Origin: Parcubacteria group bacterium GW2011_GWA2_43_13
GTDB lineage: Bacteria > Patescibacteriota > Patescibacteriia > UBA9629 > GWA2-43-13
Direction of reading: 5' to 3'
Assembly (NCBI GenBank): GCA_000999025.1
Contig: LCFM01000005.1
Span: forward strand, 7,087-71,086
Length of the DNA stretch: 64,000 bases
Shown here: positions 44,978-54,063 of the stretch, piece after piece
Layout of the letters: each line of letters begins with the position of its first letter
How positions within the stretch are numbered: the stretch's first letter is position 1
Position numbers and translations under genes: made by a program
Notes under the pieces: model-generated
What the model saw: the letters and a program-made list of their open reading frames with translations, nothing else
What the model was told of the DNA's origin: nothing
The model's database searches: none

Positions 44978-46534
44978 CTATGTGCGTTTTTTGCGTAAGA
45001 GAAATCTGGTAATGCCAAATATTCCAAGAAGAAGGGGGATAATCACAATATTACCCCATTTGATGAACATTTTTTGCGTTTGATCAAGTTCTTTAATCGG
45101 TCGCATATCAATGATACGGGCGCGGATTGACAGTAATGCTTCATCTTGCGCCGCCGCGTCAATGATGTTTAACGCAAGGACCACGTTGGGCGTGAATTGC
45201 GCAGTGAAATTATCTTTAAGAAAATCGCTGTCTGCAATCGCAAAGATACGTGCGTTTGTTGTATTATTCTTTTTTTCTGATAATGGAGATTGTGATGATT
45301 CCAGTATTGGCGGAGCGTCTTTCTCTTTAAAATAACTTGAGGCAGCACCTATTATTTGCGCGGCAATAACGCGTTTTCCCTGTTGAGACCCTGCTTGTTG
45401 ATTCGTGGGGTCAAGCGATTCGGTAATTGGTTTTTCCCATGCGCGATCAGTGGTTTCAATAAGCGGTTGTGCGGCGTCATTTGAAATGGTGTAGTCAGCA
45501 GACCATGGGAATACCACTCCTTCCAACCGATTCACCAGAGCGCTTTCTTTATTCATACCGGTTTGAGGTACTTTAACCCATAATGGGTATTGGGTGATAA
45601 ATTGTCCGAATTGCGTTCTGAACGATGCCAATGAGTTTGAAAGATCGCCGATGATCACATTATTTTGTTTGATGCCGTATGATTCAAGAAGAGAATTGAG
45701 TCCAGTGTCTAATGGTTCTGCTTTCAGATTATCGCCAATCGTGTGCGACTCGGAAAATATCACTAATGATTTATCCTGCATCACAAATTGATCAATCAGA
45801 TAGAGCTGTGATTGTGAAAACGGTTGTGTGGGGCCTGCGATTATCAGGACGGATAGATCTTCGGGAAGAGTCGTTGTTGTTTCAAGATCAATATCCTGCC
45901 ATTCGTATCGTTGGCGTACATCTTTGACAATGCTTTGAATCTGTTCTTCAGAAGAAAGCGTGCCGTTGCTTGTAACGTATCCGATAACAGGCGTTGACGA
46001 TCGGGTAATTTTTTTAATACCTGCGGTAAGATCATACTCAAGCGTTTCTATTGAATTGATCACCGGAATGCCTTCTTTTTTATCACCATAGAAAATGCCT
46101 ATTCCCATATATCCTTGCGCAAGTTCATATTTGTCGTTTTCAATGATTTCAAATTGGATAGAAGGAACGCCGACAGTCGCGAGTTCGGTTTCAATACCTG
46201 GCGTTTCTTTAGGATCAATAAATGTAATCAACAGTTTGCCGTGCGATTGGGCCGCGTATTCTTCCAATAAATCTCGAACATTATCCCGAATTGGACGCAG
46301 GCGCGCATTTAAGTCCTTTGAAAAATACGCTTTGATATTAACGATATCATCAAGCGTGTTGAGGGTTTGTTTGGTTACGGGGGATAAGCTGAATTCTTTA
46401 TTTTTCGTGAAATCAAAACGGACCTGTGTAACAGAAACAATAAGGTTGAGTACGAGTAAAGAGGCGGCGATAATTGCTATGAGCGTTTGTGCCTGCACTC
46501 GTTGTGATTGCTTTTTAGAAAGGGAGAATTTCAT
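44978..46534 (-). CDS. GldG-like ABC-transporter auxiliary component
   Basis: N-terminal TM, large periplasmic domain, C-terminal TM (RFLLRKKRT). Start moved to ATG 46534. Operon with ABC-2 permease and ATPase. Confidence 0.6.
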   Translation of the reverse strand: MKFSLSKKQSQRVQAQTLIAIIAASLLVLNLIVSVTQVRFDFTKNKEFSLSPVTKQTLNTLDDIVNIKAYFSKDLNARLRPIRDNVRDLLEEYAAQSHGKLLITFIDPKETPGIETELATVGVPSIQFEIIENDKYELAQGYMGIGIFYGDKKEGIPVINSIETLEYDLTAGIKKITRSSTPVIGYVTSNGTLSSEEQIQSIVKDVRQRYEWQDIDLETTTTLPEDLSVLIIAGPTQPFSQSQLYLIDQFVMQDKSLVIFSESHTIGDNLKAEPLDTGLNSLLESYGIKQNNVIIGDLSNSLASFRTQFGQFITQYPLWVKVPQTGMNKESALVNRLEGVVFPWSADYTISNDAAQPLIETTDRAWEKPITESLDPTNQQAGSQQGKRVIAAQIIGAASSYFKEKDAPPILESSQSPLSEKKNNTTNARIFAIADSDFLKDNFTAQFTPNVVLALNIIDAAAQDEALLSIRARIIDMRPIKELDQTQKMFIKWGNIVIIPLLLGIFGITRFLLRKKRT

Positions 46535-46613
46535 ATTATTATCAAGCGAGCAAGCGAAGAGCAAAATCATTTGCTCTTCCGAGCGAGCGCAGATAACACA
46601 GGGGTAATACCCT

Positions 46614-47330
46614 TTATTTCCAGTGTCTGCTTTTGAGTGTGTAGATGTTGAGGGATAAAAATAGAATAATGAGAGAGCCAAAGTAGACGATATCACGGAT
46701 ATCAAGCACGCCGCGCGCCAAACTTTCAAAGTGAGTTGATGTTGAGGCAAGGCGGAAGATATCAGCCATCACTCCTTTAAGGGTACTTAAGACATAGGCC
46801 TGTCCAATCATCATGAGCGTAAAGAGAATCAAAAGAGACAAAAGAAACGCAATAATTTGATTTTTTGTGAGAGATGACAGCCATTGTCCAAGCGCAAGCA
46901 TTGCTCCTGCAAGCAGGATGACTGCGATATACATGCCAATCACCGCGCCTGTGTCAATATTGCCGAGTACTGCGACTGTCAAAGGCACCGGAAGTGTGCA
47001 TAACAGGATAAATAAAATAAGGCAGAGAGCGCTGATAAATTTTGCAATCACCGCCTCCCAGTCCTTAAGTGCGGTTGTCAATAAAAATTCAATGGTTCCG
47101 TTTCTTTTTTCTTCCGCCCATATTCGCATGGTGATGGCTGGAATGACAAACAAAAACACCCAAGGGAAAAAAGCAAAATATGATCGCAGGTTAGCTTGAG
47201 CATCAATGAAGAATCTTTCAAAATACAGCCAACTGTTTACCATCACAAATACAAACGCGACAATATAGGCGATAGGGGAATTGAGCATGAGCAGGATTTC
47301 TTTTTTTATCAAAGCAATGATGCGAGACAT
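46614..47330 (-). CDS. ABC-2 family transporter permease (GldF-like)
   Basis: Six TM helices. AEEKRNGTIEFLLT motif typical of ABC-2 permeases. Confidence 0.7.
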   Translation of the reverse strand: MSRIIALIKKEILLMLNSPIAYIVAFVFVMVNSWLYFERFFIDAQANLRSYFAFFPWVFLFVIPAITMRIWAEEKRNGTIEFLLTTALKDWEAVIAKFISALCLILFILLCTLPVPLTVAVLGNIDTGAVIGMYIAVILLAGAMLALGQWLSSLTKNQIIAFLLSLLILFTLMMIGQAYVLSTLKGVMADIFRLASTSTHFESLARGVLDIRDIVYFGSLIILFLSLNIYTLKSRHWK

Positions 47331-47413
47331 ACAGAATGTAAAAAGTAAAATGGCAAAGTAAAATTTAAAGAGAAAGATTTTTATATTTTACATTGTCATT
47401 TTACTATTTTATT

Positions 47414-48201
47414 TTATGTGGTGAGTTTTCTAAAGATATCTTCAAGAGAAACGCGTTCGCGGTAGAGTTCCATAATCGGCCAGTGGTTGCGTGCGGCAAG
47501 GGTAAAGATATCTTCACGCATGTCATGATGCGCGATAATCCGAAAGCGGCAACAATCTTGCTCTGTCGCGGAATGGGGTTCAACTTTTTGAATATCTGGA
47601 AGTTGTTCGATTTCTGATTGTATGGAGTCCGATGGTCCCTTGAGCGTGAGGATAATGTTTTCTTTTGCAGAGCCCGCTTGTAGCAGTTCTTCGGTGGTCC
47701 CTTGTGCAACGATGTTTCCTTCATGGATAATAATCATTCAATAAGGTCAGGGTTGTGGACTAATGATTGGGCAATGCCGACGCGTTGGCGGAATCCTTTG
47801 GAAAGGTCGCCGATTGGTTTATGGAGCATTTTTTCTAATCCGCATGATTGGACCATTTCACTGATGCGGGATGCGCGTATTGCGCGTGGCACACCCCGCA
47901 GTTCCGCGACAAACGCAAGATATTCTGATACCTGAAATTCATCATACAAGGGGTTTCGTTCCGGTAGGTAGCCGATTTTTGCGCGCGTTTCATCTGGATG
48001 ATCTTGGATATCCATGCCATCAATGCTCACACTGCCGCTGGTTGGAGCAGTATAGCCGGTAATGATTTTCATGGTCGTTGTTTTGCCGGCTCCGTTCGGG
48101 CCTAAAAAACCAACCACTTCGCCGCTTTGAACGGAAAAAGAGACATTATTGACTGCAGTAACGTCTCCGAATTTTTTTGTGAGGTGGTTAATTTCTATCA
48201 T
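47414..48201 (-). pseudogene. ABC transporter ATP-binding protein (GldA-like) disrupted by an internal deletion plus frameshift
   Basis: N-terminal piece (48201-47734) has Walker A GPNGAGKTT, Q-loop and LSKGFRQRV signature, then stops at ...NPDLIE*. C-terminal piece (47737-47414, other frame) begins at the post-H-loop IIIHEGNIVAQG. Walker B, D-loop and H-loop (about 45 aa) are absent. Confidence 0.55.
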
Positions 48202-48338
48202 AGGTGCACCGAATGGTTAGCAAATCGTATTGTAAAAGAAAGGTCTTTTTAGTGCAAGCTATGTGTTGGGGATAGAGTGTGATTTGGTATTTGGGTATAA
48301 AAAAGAATTCCCGACTTCTGCGACCAGAAAATCGGGGG

Positions 48339-48722
48339 TTATGGGAGTTTATGGGATCCTGGCGCGCCAACAACCACCGTTTTCTGCGATGATGTCGCAG
48401 GGTGAGGCCGTCGGGCGCTACGTTGTTGTCCGTGGGAGCCGACGACAGGCACCTTACTGGACTTTGCCTCACGAACAGCTGCTTTTTTTATTGCGTCTGT
48501 CGTGGCATGATCCACCATCTGAAGGGATTGGGTGGCGGATGCCAGGGATAGTTGCTTTTTCTCTCCGTCAGGGAGAGTTTTGAGTATATCAACTATGCTC
48601 ATATACTCGGAGTTCGCGGCGAATAACGCCCTTTGAGCTCCTTGTAATTGTAATTTCGACAGTCCCTTGAGGTGCGCTATGCGCGCCTCAACTAACTGCC
48701 AGAGTGCCTCTATGGTTGCCAT
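48339..48722 (-). CDS. hypothetical protein
   Basis: 127-aa ORF, helical N-terminus and basic low-complexity C-terminus. No recognised motif. Confidence 0.35.
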   Translation of the reverse strand: MATIEALWQLVEARIAHLKGLSKLQLQGAQRALFAANSEYMSIVDILKTLPDGEKKQLSLASATQSLQMVDHATTDAIKKAAVREAKSSKVPVVGSHGQQRSARRPHPATSSQKTVVVGAPGSHKLP

Positions 48723-48936
48723 TGGTACTCCTTCCTTGGTGAGAGATTACATGATTTAACCATAGTTTCACGATAAAAGTCAATAGAAGCTATTGTTGCC
48801 ATAGGTATGTTGTGCTATAATACTAATATTGAAGTTTATTCACTCATTATTTAATTGTTATTGCAACATTAATCAGGCGAGGTTTTTCGTTATTTAACTC
48901 AATGTTTAATAATGAAAAATTTTAGTCATGTAATCT

Positions 48937-49500
48937 ATGTTTAATGGTCGCGAATCGGGAAATATTATTCCCCCCCCCGACAGAGCAGAGGAAGGCAGTC
49001 CTGAAATACCAGGACCTATTTTAACTCCTCCACCAGATCGGGGACCAAAGGTTCTGCCGGATAAAGAGTTGATTCAACTTCGGAGGGATACTAATCAAAG
49101 ACAGCAAGAAGCGTTCCATGATCAGAGGAAAGAGAATCAAGGGAAGGAAGATAAGGGTAGTGCAGAGAGTGAAGGATATATACCGGGGGTTGATTTATTA
49201 GTGACAGATTTTGAGAATCAAGGAGCGGGGTTGGAGTCGCGTAATGGGGAAGAAATAGCTAGAAGAATTATAGAGAGGGATTTTAAGAAACTTATTACTG
49301 AGTTTAGTAGTGGTGATGTATCGCGGCTTCGTGAAGTCATTAGCGCGTTTAGGAAACGTGACGAGAAGAGTAGCATTGCAGGGGTTTTGGAGAAGATTAT
49401 CAATTCGTCAGATATTACAAATTCCCCCGAGATGGTTGCTGGGAGGTTTTTATCGAAAAATGAAGCAGAAACGGATCAGGGGACAGAAGCGGCTGGCTAA
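48937..49500 (+). CDS. acidic, low-complexity hypothetical protein
   Basis: 187 aa, Pro/Glu/Asp/Gly-rich, purine-rich coding strand. No signal peptide or known motif. Confidence 0.4.
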   Translation: MFNGRESGNIIPPPDRAEEGSPEIPGPILTPPPDRGPKVLPDKELIQLRRDTNQRQQEAFHDQRKENQGKEDKGSAESEGYIPGVDLLVTDFENQGAGLESRNGEEIARRIIERDFKKLITEFSSGDVSRLREVISAFRKRDEKSSIAGVLEKIINSSDITNSPEMVAGRFLSKNEAETDQGTEAAG

Positions 49501-49561
49501 TGAGGGAGATATTTTGTTGGTTGGATACGCGGTAGTCATCTTAAAATTATATCTTATTACT

Positions 49562-50068
49562 ATGGGTAGAGAAACAGGGGGTTATACCCCAGAAGATACA
49601 TCAAAAGAAGCACAGGTGCCCGTGCCAGAACAAGATGAGTCCGATGATGCGCCTAAAAATTTGTTAGAGTTTTTTAGGTCAACCGAGGAGATGGAGGTGA
49701 ATGGGCCACCAGCAGCTCCACTAACAGAAGAAGAACAGGCGGCAATGGATGCGACAATCTTTGTCCCAGAAAAACAGACGGCAGCTGAGGCAGCTGCAAT
49801 ACAGGCGGAAATTGATGCTTATAATGATGGGCATAGACTTTCTACTATAGAAGAGGATGAGGCACAAGATGAGGCACAAGATGAGGCGAGAGTGACAAAA
49901 GGAGATCGAATACTTGCTTACGTAAATTCTCAGGAAAGAGCAAGGGCAGAGGAAAAAAAGGCGGAAAACGAAGCGTGGGCAAAGGCAGCGGCAGAGAGGA
50001 AAGAGGGCAAAATGATACGGGATATCAAGAAAACTATAGATGAGTTGAATGAACAACCAAAGGAGTGA
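49562..50068 (+). CDS. acidic Glu/Ala-rich hypothetical protein
   Basis: Start at ATG 49562 (MGRETGGY...). Contains EAQDEAQDEA repeats. The ORF-track version (49310) overlaps the previous gene in another frame. Confidence 0.4.
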   Translation: MGRETGGYTPEDTSKEAQVPVPEQDESDDAPKNLLEFFRSTEEMEVNGPPAAPLTEEEQAAMDATIFVPEKQTAAEAAAIQAEIDAYNDGHRLSTIEEDEAQDEAQDEARVTKGDRILAYVNSQERARAEEKKAENEAWAKAAAERKEGKMIRDIKKTIDELNEQPKE

Positions 50069-51155
50069 TTATCATAATTTGTTTGATGATACTTGATTTA
50101 TACAGTTCCGGTTTATAGGCGTCTAATCGGAGAACGTGGGTTTTAAACCCGCGTTCTTTTAGTTCTTTGCGCAGTTGAGTTTCGCTATATGCTTGGTCAT
50201 ATCCTAAACAGATTAGATTTGGAGAATATTTTTTAATCAATGCAAAGTAATCAGTTTCATCGCCGATATATGCATCATCTACATACTTCAACGCTTTAAT
50301 GTGTTGAAGTCGTTCTTGTTGCGTATAGATTGGTGGTTTCTTTTTTTGTTTCATAACATTGTTGTCTGTTGTAATAACAACAATCAGCTGGGAGCTGAAT
50401 TTTTTTGCCTGCTGAAAAAAATATTCATGGCCTTTGTGGAGTAGGTCGAATACGCCAAAGACCATGACTGTAGAGTTTGTATGGGGTGGTGGGAGAGTGG
50501 GTAGTGTGATTGCGTCGTCCAATGTGAAATCACCAATCGCGGTGCGGCTGAGGGATGTAAGATACGCGCCGTATCCGAGTGATTTGCCGATGTCATGACC
50601 AAGCGTGCGGATATAGGTTCCGCTTGAACAATGCACGTCTATTGTGAGATGTGGCCATTTATATGAGATGAGATCAATAGAATAGATTTCTATCTCATGC
50701 GGTTTGCGTTCTATCTCTTTGCCTTGGCGGGCAAGCTCATAGAGTTTTTTTCCATTCACTTTTTTTGCTGAGTACATGGGAGGGGTTTGGAGTTGGCGAC
50801 CGAGAAAGGAGGATAATGTGGTTTCGAGTTCGACTGTTTTTTCTAATACCTCACCCCAACCCTCTCCTTGTAAAGGAGAGGGGGTTACGACGCCCGTTTT
50901 ATCCTGCGTGTCGCTGGTTGCGCCTAAAAAGAGGATTGCGCGGTATTTTTTATCTAACCCAACAAAGTATTTTAATAATTTAGTAGAGGACCCAATAGCC
51001 ATAATCAACAACCCGTCTGCAAACGGGTCAAGTGTTCCTGCATGGCCAATCTGTCTGATGCCAGTGATACGGCGGAGCTGGTTGACTATGTCATGCGATG
51101 TCGGGCCAGCAGGTTTATTGATGAGTAAAAATCCATTCATACTGCCAGTTTTCAA
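50034..51155 (-). CDS. truB: fusion protein: tRNA pseudouridine(55) synthase TruB catalytic domain + C-terminal cytidylyltransferase-like nucleotidyltransferase domain (RibF FMN-adenylyltransferase-like)
   Basis: N-terminal 225 aa are TruB (LLINKPAGPTSHDIV, GHAGTLDP catalytic Asp motif) with a family-B insert. C-terminal approximately 140 aa (from MVFGVFDLLHKGHEYFF, ...YKSSIIKQI) have HxGH and ISSTxIR-like nucleotidyltransferase motifs. No PUA domain and no riboflavin-kinase domain. Confidence 0.7.
   Translation of the reverse strand: MKTGSMNGFLLINKPAGPTSHDIVNQLRRITGIRQIGHAGTLDPFADGLLIMAIGSSTKLLKYFVGLDKKYRAILFLGATSDTQDKTGVVTPSPLQGEGWGEVLEKTVELETTLSSFLGRQLQTPPMYSAKKVNGKKLYELARQGKEIERKPHEIEIYSIDLISYKWPHLTIDVHCSSGTYIRTLGHDIGKSLGYGAYLTSLSRTAIGDFTLDDAITLPTLPPPHTNSTVMVFGVFDLLHKGHEYFFQQAKKFSSQLIVVITTDNNVMKQKKKPPIYTQQERLQHIKALKYVDDAYIGDETDYFALIKKYSPNLICLGYDQAYSETQLRKELKERGFKTHVLRLDAYKPELYKSSIIKQIMIITPLVVHSTHL
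50848..50891. repeat. family-B element copy (reverse orientation) inside truB
   Basis: ACCTCACCCCAACCCTCTCCTTGTAAAGGAGAGGGGGTTACGACG. Translated as TPSPLQGEGWGEV. Confidence 0.7.
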
Positions 51156-51215
51156 ATGTCAGTTGTCACATATGATCTCCTTGCTATCGGATATATATAA
51201 CACCTGATAACTGAA

Positions 51216-53321
51216 TTAGGATTGCTTTGTATCTTTGAGTTCAGTGATACTATCCCTTAACTTGGTGGCTTTTTCAAATTCAAGGTTTTGGGCCGCAAGT
51301 TCCATTTGTGCCTCAAGTTCTTTAAGAAGATGCGGGATTTCATCTTTGGGAATATCTTGAAATCTGTTTTTTGTCCGCCGGCTGGCGGATTGTTTTTTAT
51401 CTTGTGTTCGACTAAACTGATCTTCTTTGATTGCTTTTTGGATTGATAGTGGCGTAATTCCATGTTTTTTGTTATATGTTTTTTGTATCGTGCGCCTGCG
51501 ATTCGTTTCGTTAATCGCACGTTTCATAGAGCCAGTCACAATGTCGGCGTACATAATCACACGGCCGTCAATATGGCGAGCGGCGCGGCCCATAGTTTGG
51601 ATCAGAGATGTCTCACTCCGTAAAAATCCTTCTTTGTCAGCGTCTAAAATAATCACTAAAGATACTTCTGGTAAATCCAACCCTTCGCGCAAAAGATTTA
51701 TTCCAACCAAAACGTCGTATGTGCCTTTACGAAGATCGCGCAGAATTTCTATGCGTTCAAGTGTGGCAACTTCTGAATGAAGGTATTGCGATTGGATACC
51801 ACATTCTTGTAGATAATCATTGAGTTCCTCTGCTAATCGTTTGGTAAGGGTTGTGATAAGAACGCGCTGTTGTTTTTTTACTCGTTTTTGAACTTCGGCG
51901 AGTATGTCGTCTATTTGATTTTTTGTTGGTCGCATCTCAATCGTTGGATCTAAAAGGTAGGTCGGTCGGATGAGTTGTTGGGCGATATGCCAATGTTCAG
52001 TTTTCGGCTTGGCTGGCAAATTTGACAACTGATAACTGACACCTGGCAACTGGCTATTTTTCATAATTTTTGATAATCCAATCGTTTTTACTTCATCTAC
52101 GTTCATATCGGTTGATTTCCCAATCTCGTATGGACCCGGGGTTGCCGAAACGTATAGAGTTTGATGTATTTTTGACTCAAATTCTTTAAATGTCAGTGGC
52201 CGGTTGTCTCGTGCCGCAGGCAGGCGAAAGCCGTAGTTGATGAGCATATCTTTACGGCTTTTGTCTCCGTGGTACATACCGCCGATTTGCGGAATAGTCA
52301 TATGGGATTCATCTATCATTAATAGAAAATTTTTAGGGAAATAATCCAACAGTGTATATGGCGGTGTACCCTGTTCTCTTCCGTCAAAGTATCGGGAATA
52401 ATTTTCTATACCATTGCAGTAGCCGATATTTTTGATCATTTCAAGGTCATATCGGGTGCGTTGTTCAATGCGCTGTGCTTCTAAAAGTTTATTCTGCCCG
52501 GTAAACATACTTACTTGCTCCAACATATCACGTTCAATGGTTGCCAGTATATTTTTTCTGTTTTCTTCGGGAGCGACATAATGCGTTGCCGGGTATATAT
52601 CAATAGTATGGATATTTTTAATTTTTTGTTTACCTGTTAAAGAGTCCAGAATATGAATCTGTTCTATGGTATCTCCAAATAGTTCAATGCGGATGATTTC
52701 ATCCAAAGAAAATACTGGATATATTTCTATACTATCTCCACGCACGCGAAATGTTCCGCGATGAAAATCAGTATCATTGCGCGTGAATTGTAATTGTGTT
52801 AAATGTCGCAATATGTCGTTTCTTGGAATACATTGGCCTTGTGTAACGGTTATGGCTTGTTTTTTATATTCTTGCGGAGATCCAAGTCCGTAAATGCAGG
52901 ACACCGAGGCAACAATAATCACGTCATTTCTGGAAAGGAGCGATTGAGTTGAAGCGTGGCGTAGGCGATCTATTTCTTCGTTCACTTGGGTTTCTTTTTC
53001 TATGTATGTGTCTGACTGGGGGATATATGCCTCTGGCTGGTAATAATCGTAATATGAGACAAAATAGTGCACTGCGTTATTGGGGAAAAACGACTGAAAT
53101 TCGGTCGCGAGTTGAGCGGCCAGAGTTTTGTTGTGAGATATGATAAGCGCGGGGCGTTGAAGATTATTGATAATATTCGCCATGCTAAACGTTTTTCCGC
53201 TTCCGGTAACACCTAATAGCGTTTGGCTGTGATTGCCTTGTGTGATCCATTGTGAAATCTGCTCGATTGCGCCGGGCTGATCTCCTGTGGGTTTGTATGG
53301 TTTATGAAGGTTAAAACGCAT
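51216..53321 (-). CDS. uvrB: excinuclease ABC subunit B
   Basis: Walker A GVTGSGKTF, helicase motifs, beta-hairpin, C-terminal UvrB/UvrC interaction helix. Contains a family-D repeat insert around 51996-52065. Confidence 0.95.
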   Translation of the reverse strand: MRFNLHKPYKPTGDQPGAIEQISQWITQGNHSQTLLGVTGSGKTFSMANIINNLQRPALIISHNKTLAAQLATEFQSFFPNNAVHYFVSYYDYYQPEAYIPQSDTYIEKETQVNEEIDRLRHASTQSLLSRNDVIIVASVSCIYGLGSPQEYKKQAITVTQGQCIPRNDILRHLTQLQFTRNDTDFHRGTFRVRGDSIEIYPVFSLDEIIRIELFGDTIEQIHILDSLTGKQKIKNIHTIDIYPATHYVAPEENRKNILATIERDMLEQVSMFTGQNKLLEAQRIEQRTRYDLEMIKNIGYCNGIENYSRYFDGREQGTPPYTLLDYFPKNFLLMIDESHMTIPQIGGMYHGDKSRKDMLINYGFRLPAARDNRPLTFKEFESKIHQTLYVSATPGPYEIGKSTDMNVDEVKTIGLSKIMKNSQLPGVSYQLSNLPAKPKTEHWHIAQQLIRPTYLLDPTIEMRPTKNQIDDILAEVQKRVKKQQRVLITTLTKRLAEELNDYLQECGIQSQYLHSEVATLERIEILRDLRKGTYDVLVGINLLREGLDLPEVSLVIILDADKEGFLRSETSLIQTMGRAARHIDGRVIMYADIVTGSMKRAINETNRRRTIQKTYNKKHGITPLSIQKAIKEDQFSRTQDKKQSASRRTKNRFQDIPKDEIPHLLKELEAQMELAAQNLEFEKATKLRDSITELKDTKQS
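51996..52065. repeat. family-D repeat block inside uvrB
   Basis: CAGTTTTCGG...AAATTTGACAACTGATAACTGACACCTGGCAACTGG. Confidence 0.55.
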
Positions 53322-53400
53322 AATGTATGAATACTATGGCGTGAGTTAATAAGCGTCAATACATTGAAAAATACTCGCGGGTAAGATACGATATATGTAT

Positions 53401-53967
53401 ATGATTGCATATATCAGCGGCAGAGTCATGTTCAAACGCGAAGAAACGGTTGTTTTAGATGTAGGGGGAGTCGGGTATGAGGCGTGGTGTCCGCCACAGA
53501 TATTGGAGGATCTCCAGCAGGGAACTGAACAAAAATTGTATACAGTGCATATTGTGCGTGAGGATTCGCAAACCTTGTATGGGTTTTTAACTCAAGGACA
53601 AAAAGAGCTTTTTCAGCTATTGTTAGGTGTTTCCGGTATTGGCCCAAAGAATGCGCTTAAAATTATGGGGAAAGTATCAGGAGGAGATATTATTCAAGCG
53701 ATTATCCAGCAAGACAGTTCTGTGTTAGAAGCGCTTGGTATTGGGAAAAAGATTGCAGATCGCATGATAGTGGAGTTGAAAGGAAAGTCAATAAGTGGAG
53801 ATGGGGTAAGCGGTGGCGAGAATAAAACCAACGGATTTACTGATGAGGCGCAAGCGCTGATTGCTCTTGGATACACTGCTCGCGATGTTATAGATGCGTT
53901 AAAGCGTACTCAATCGAGCGATATGAACGAACGCATCAAAGAAGCGCTTAAGTTGTTAGGAAAATGA
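53401..53967 (+). CDS. ruvA: Holliday junction DNA helicase RuvA
   Basis: MIAYISGRV... OB domain, double HhH LLGVSGIGPKNALKI, C-terminal domain III. Confidence 0.85.
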   Translation: MIAYISGRVMFKREETVVLDVGGVGYEAWCPPQILEDLQQGTEQKLYTVHIVREDSQTLYGFLTQGQKELFQLLLGVSGIGPKNALKIMGKVSGGDIIQAIIQQDSSVLEALGIGKKIADRMIVELKGKSISGDGVSGGENKTNGFTDEAQALIALGYTARDVIDALKRTQSSDMNERIKEALKLLGK

Positions 53968-54063
53968 AACGATGGTAGTTTGAGATGTGGCATTTCCCTC
54001 TATAGGCGGGTCCCCAGTCAGAGGCGGGTACAGCGCTTTTGGCGGAGTTATTCATTATATATT

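Noticed and set aside
49310-49561. Upstream part of track ORF 49310..50068
   Set aside because: It overlaps the preceding acidic ORF in another frame. The internal ATG at 49562 lies after that stop and is the more plausible start.
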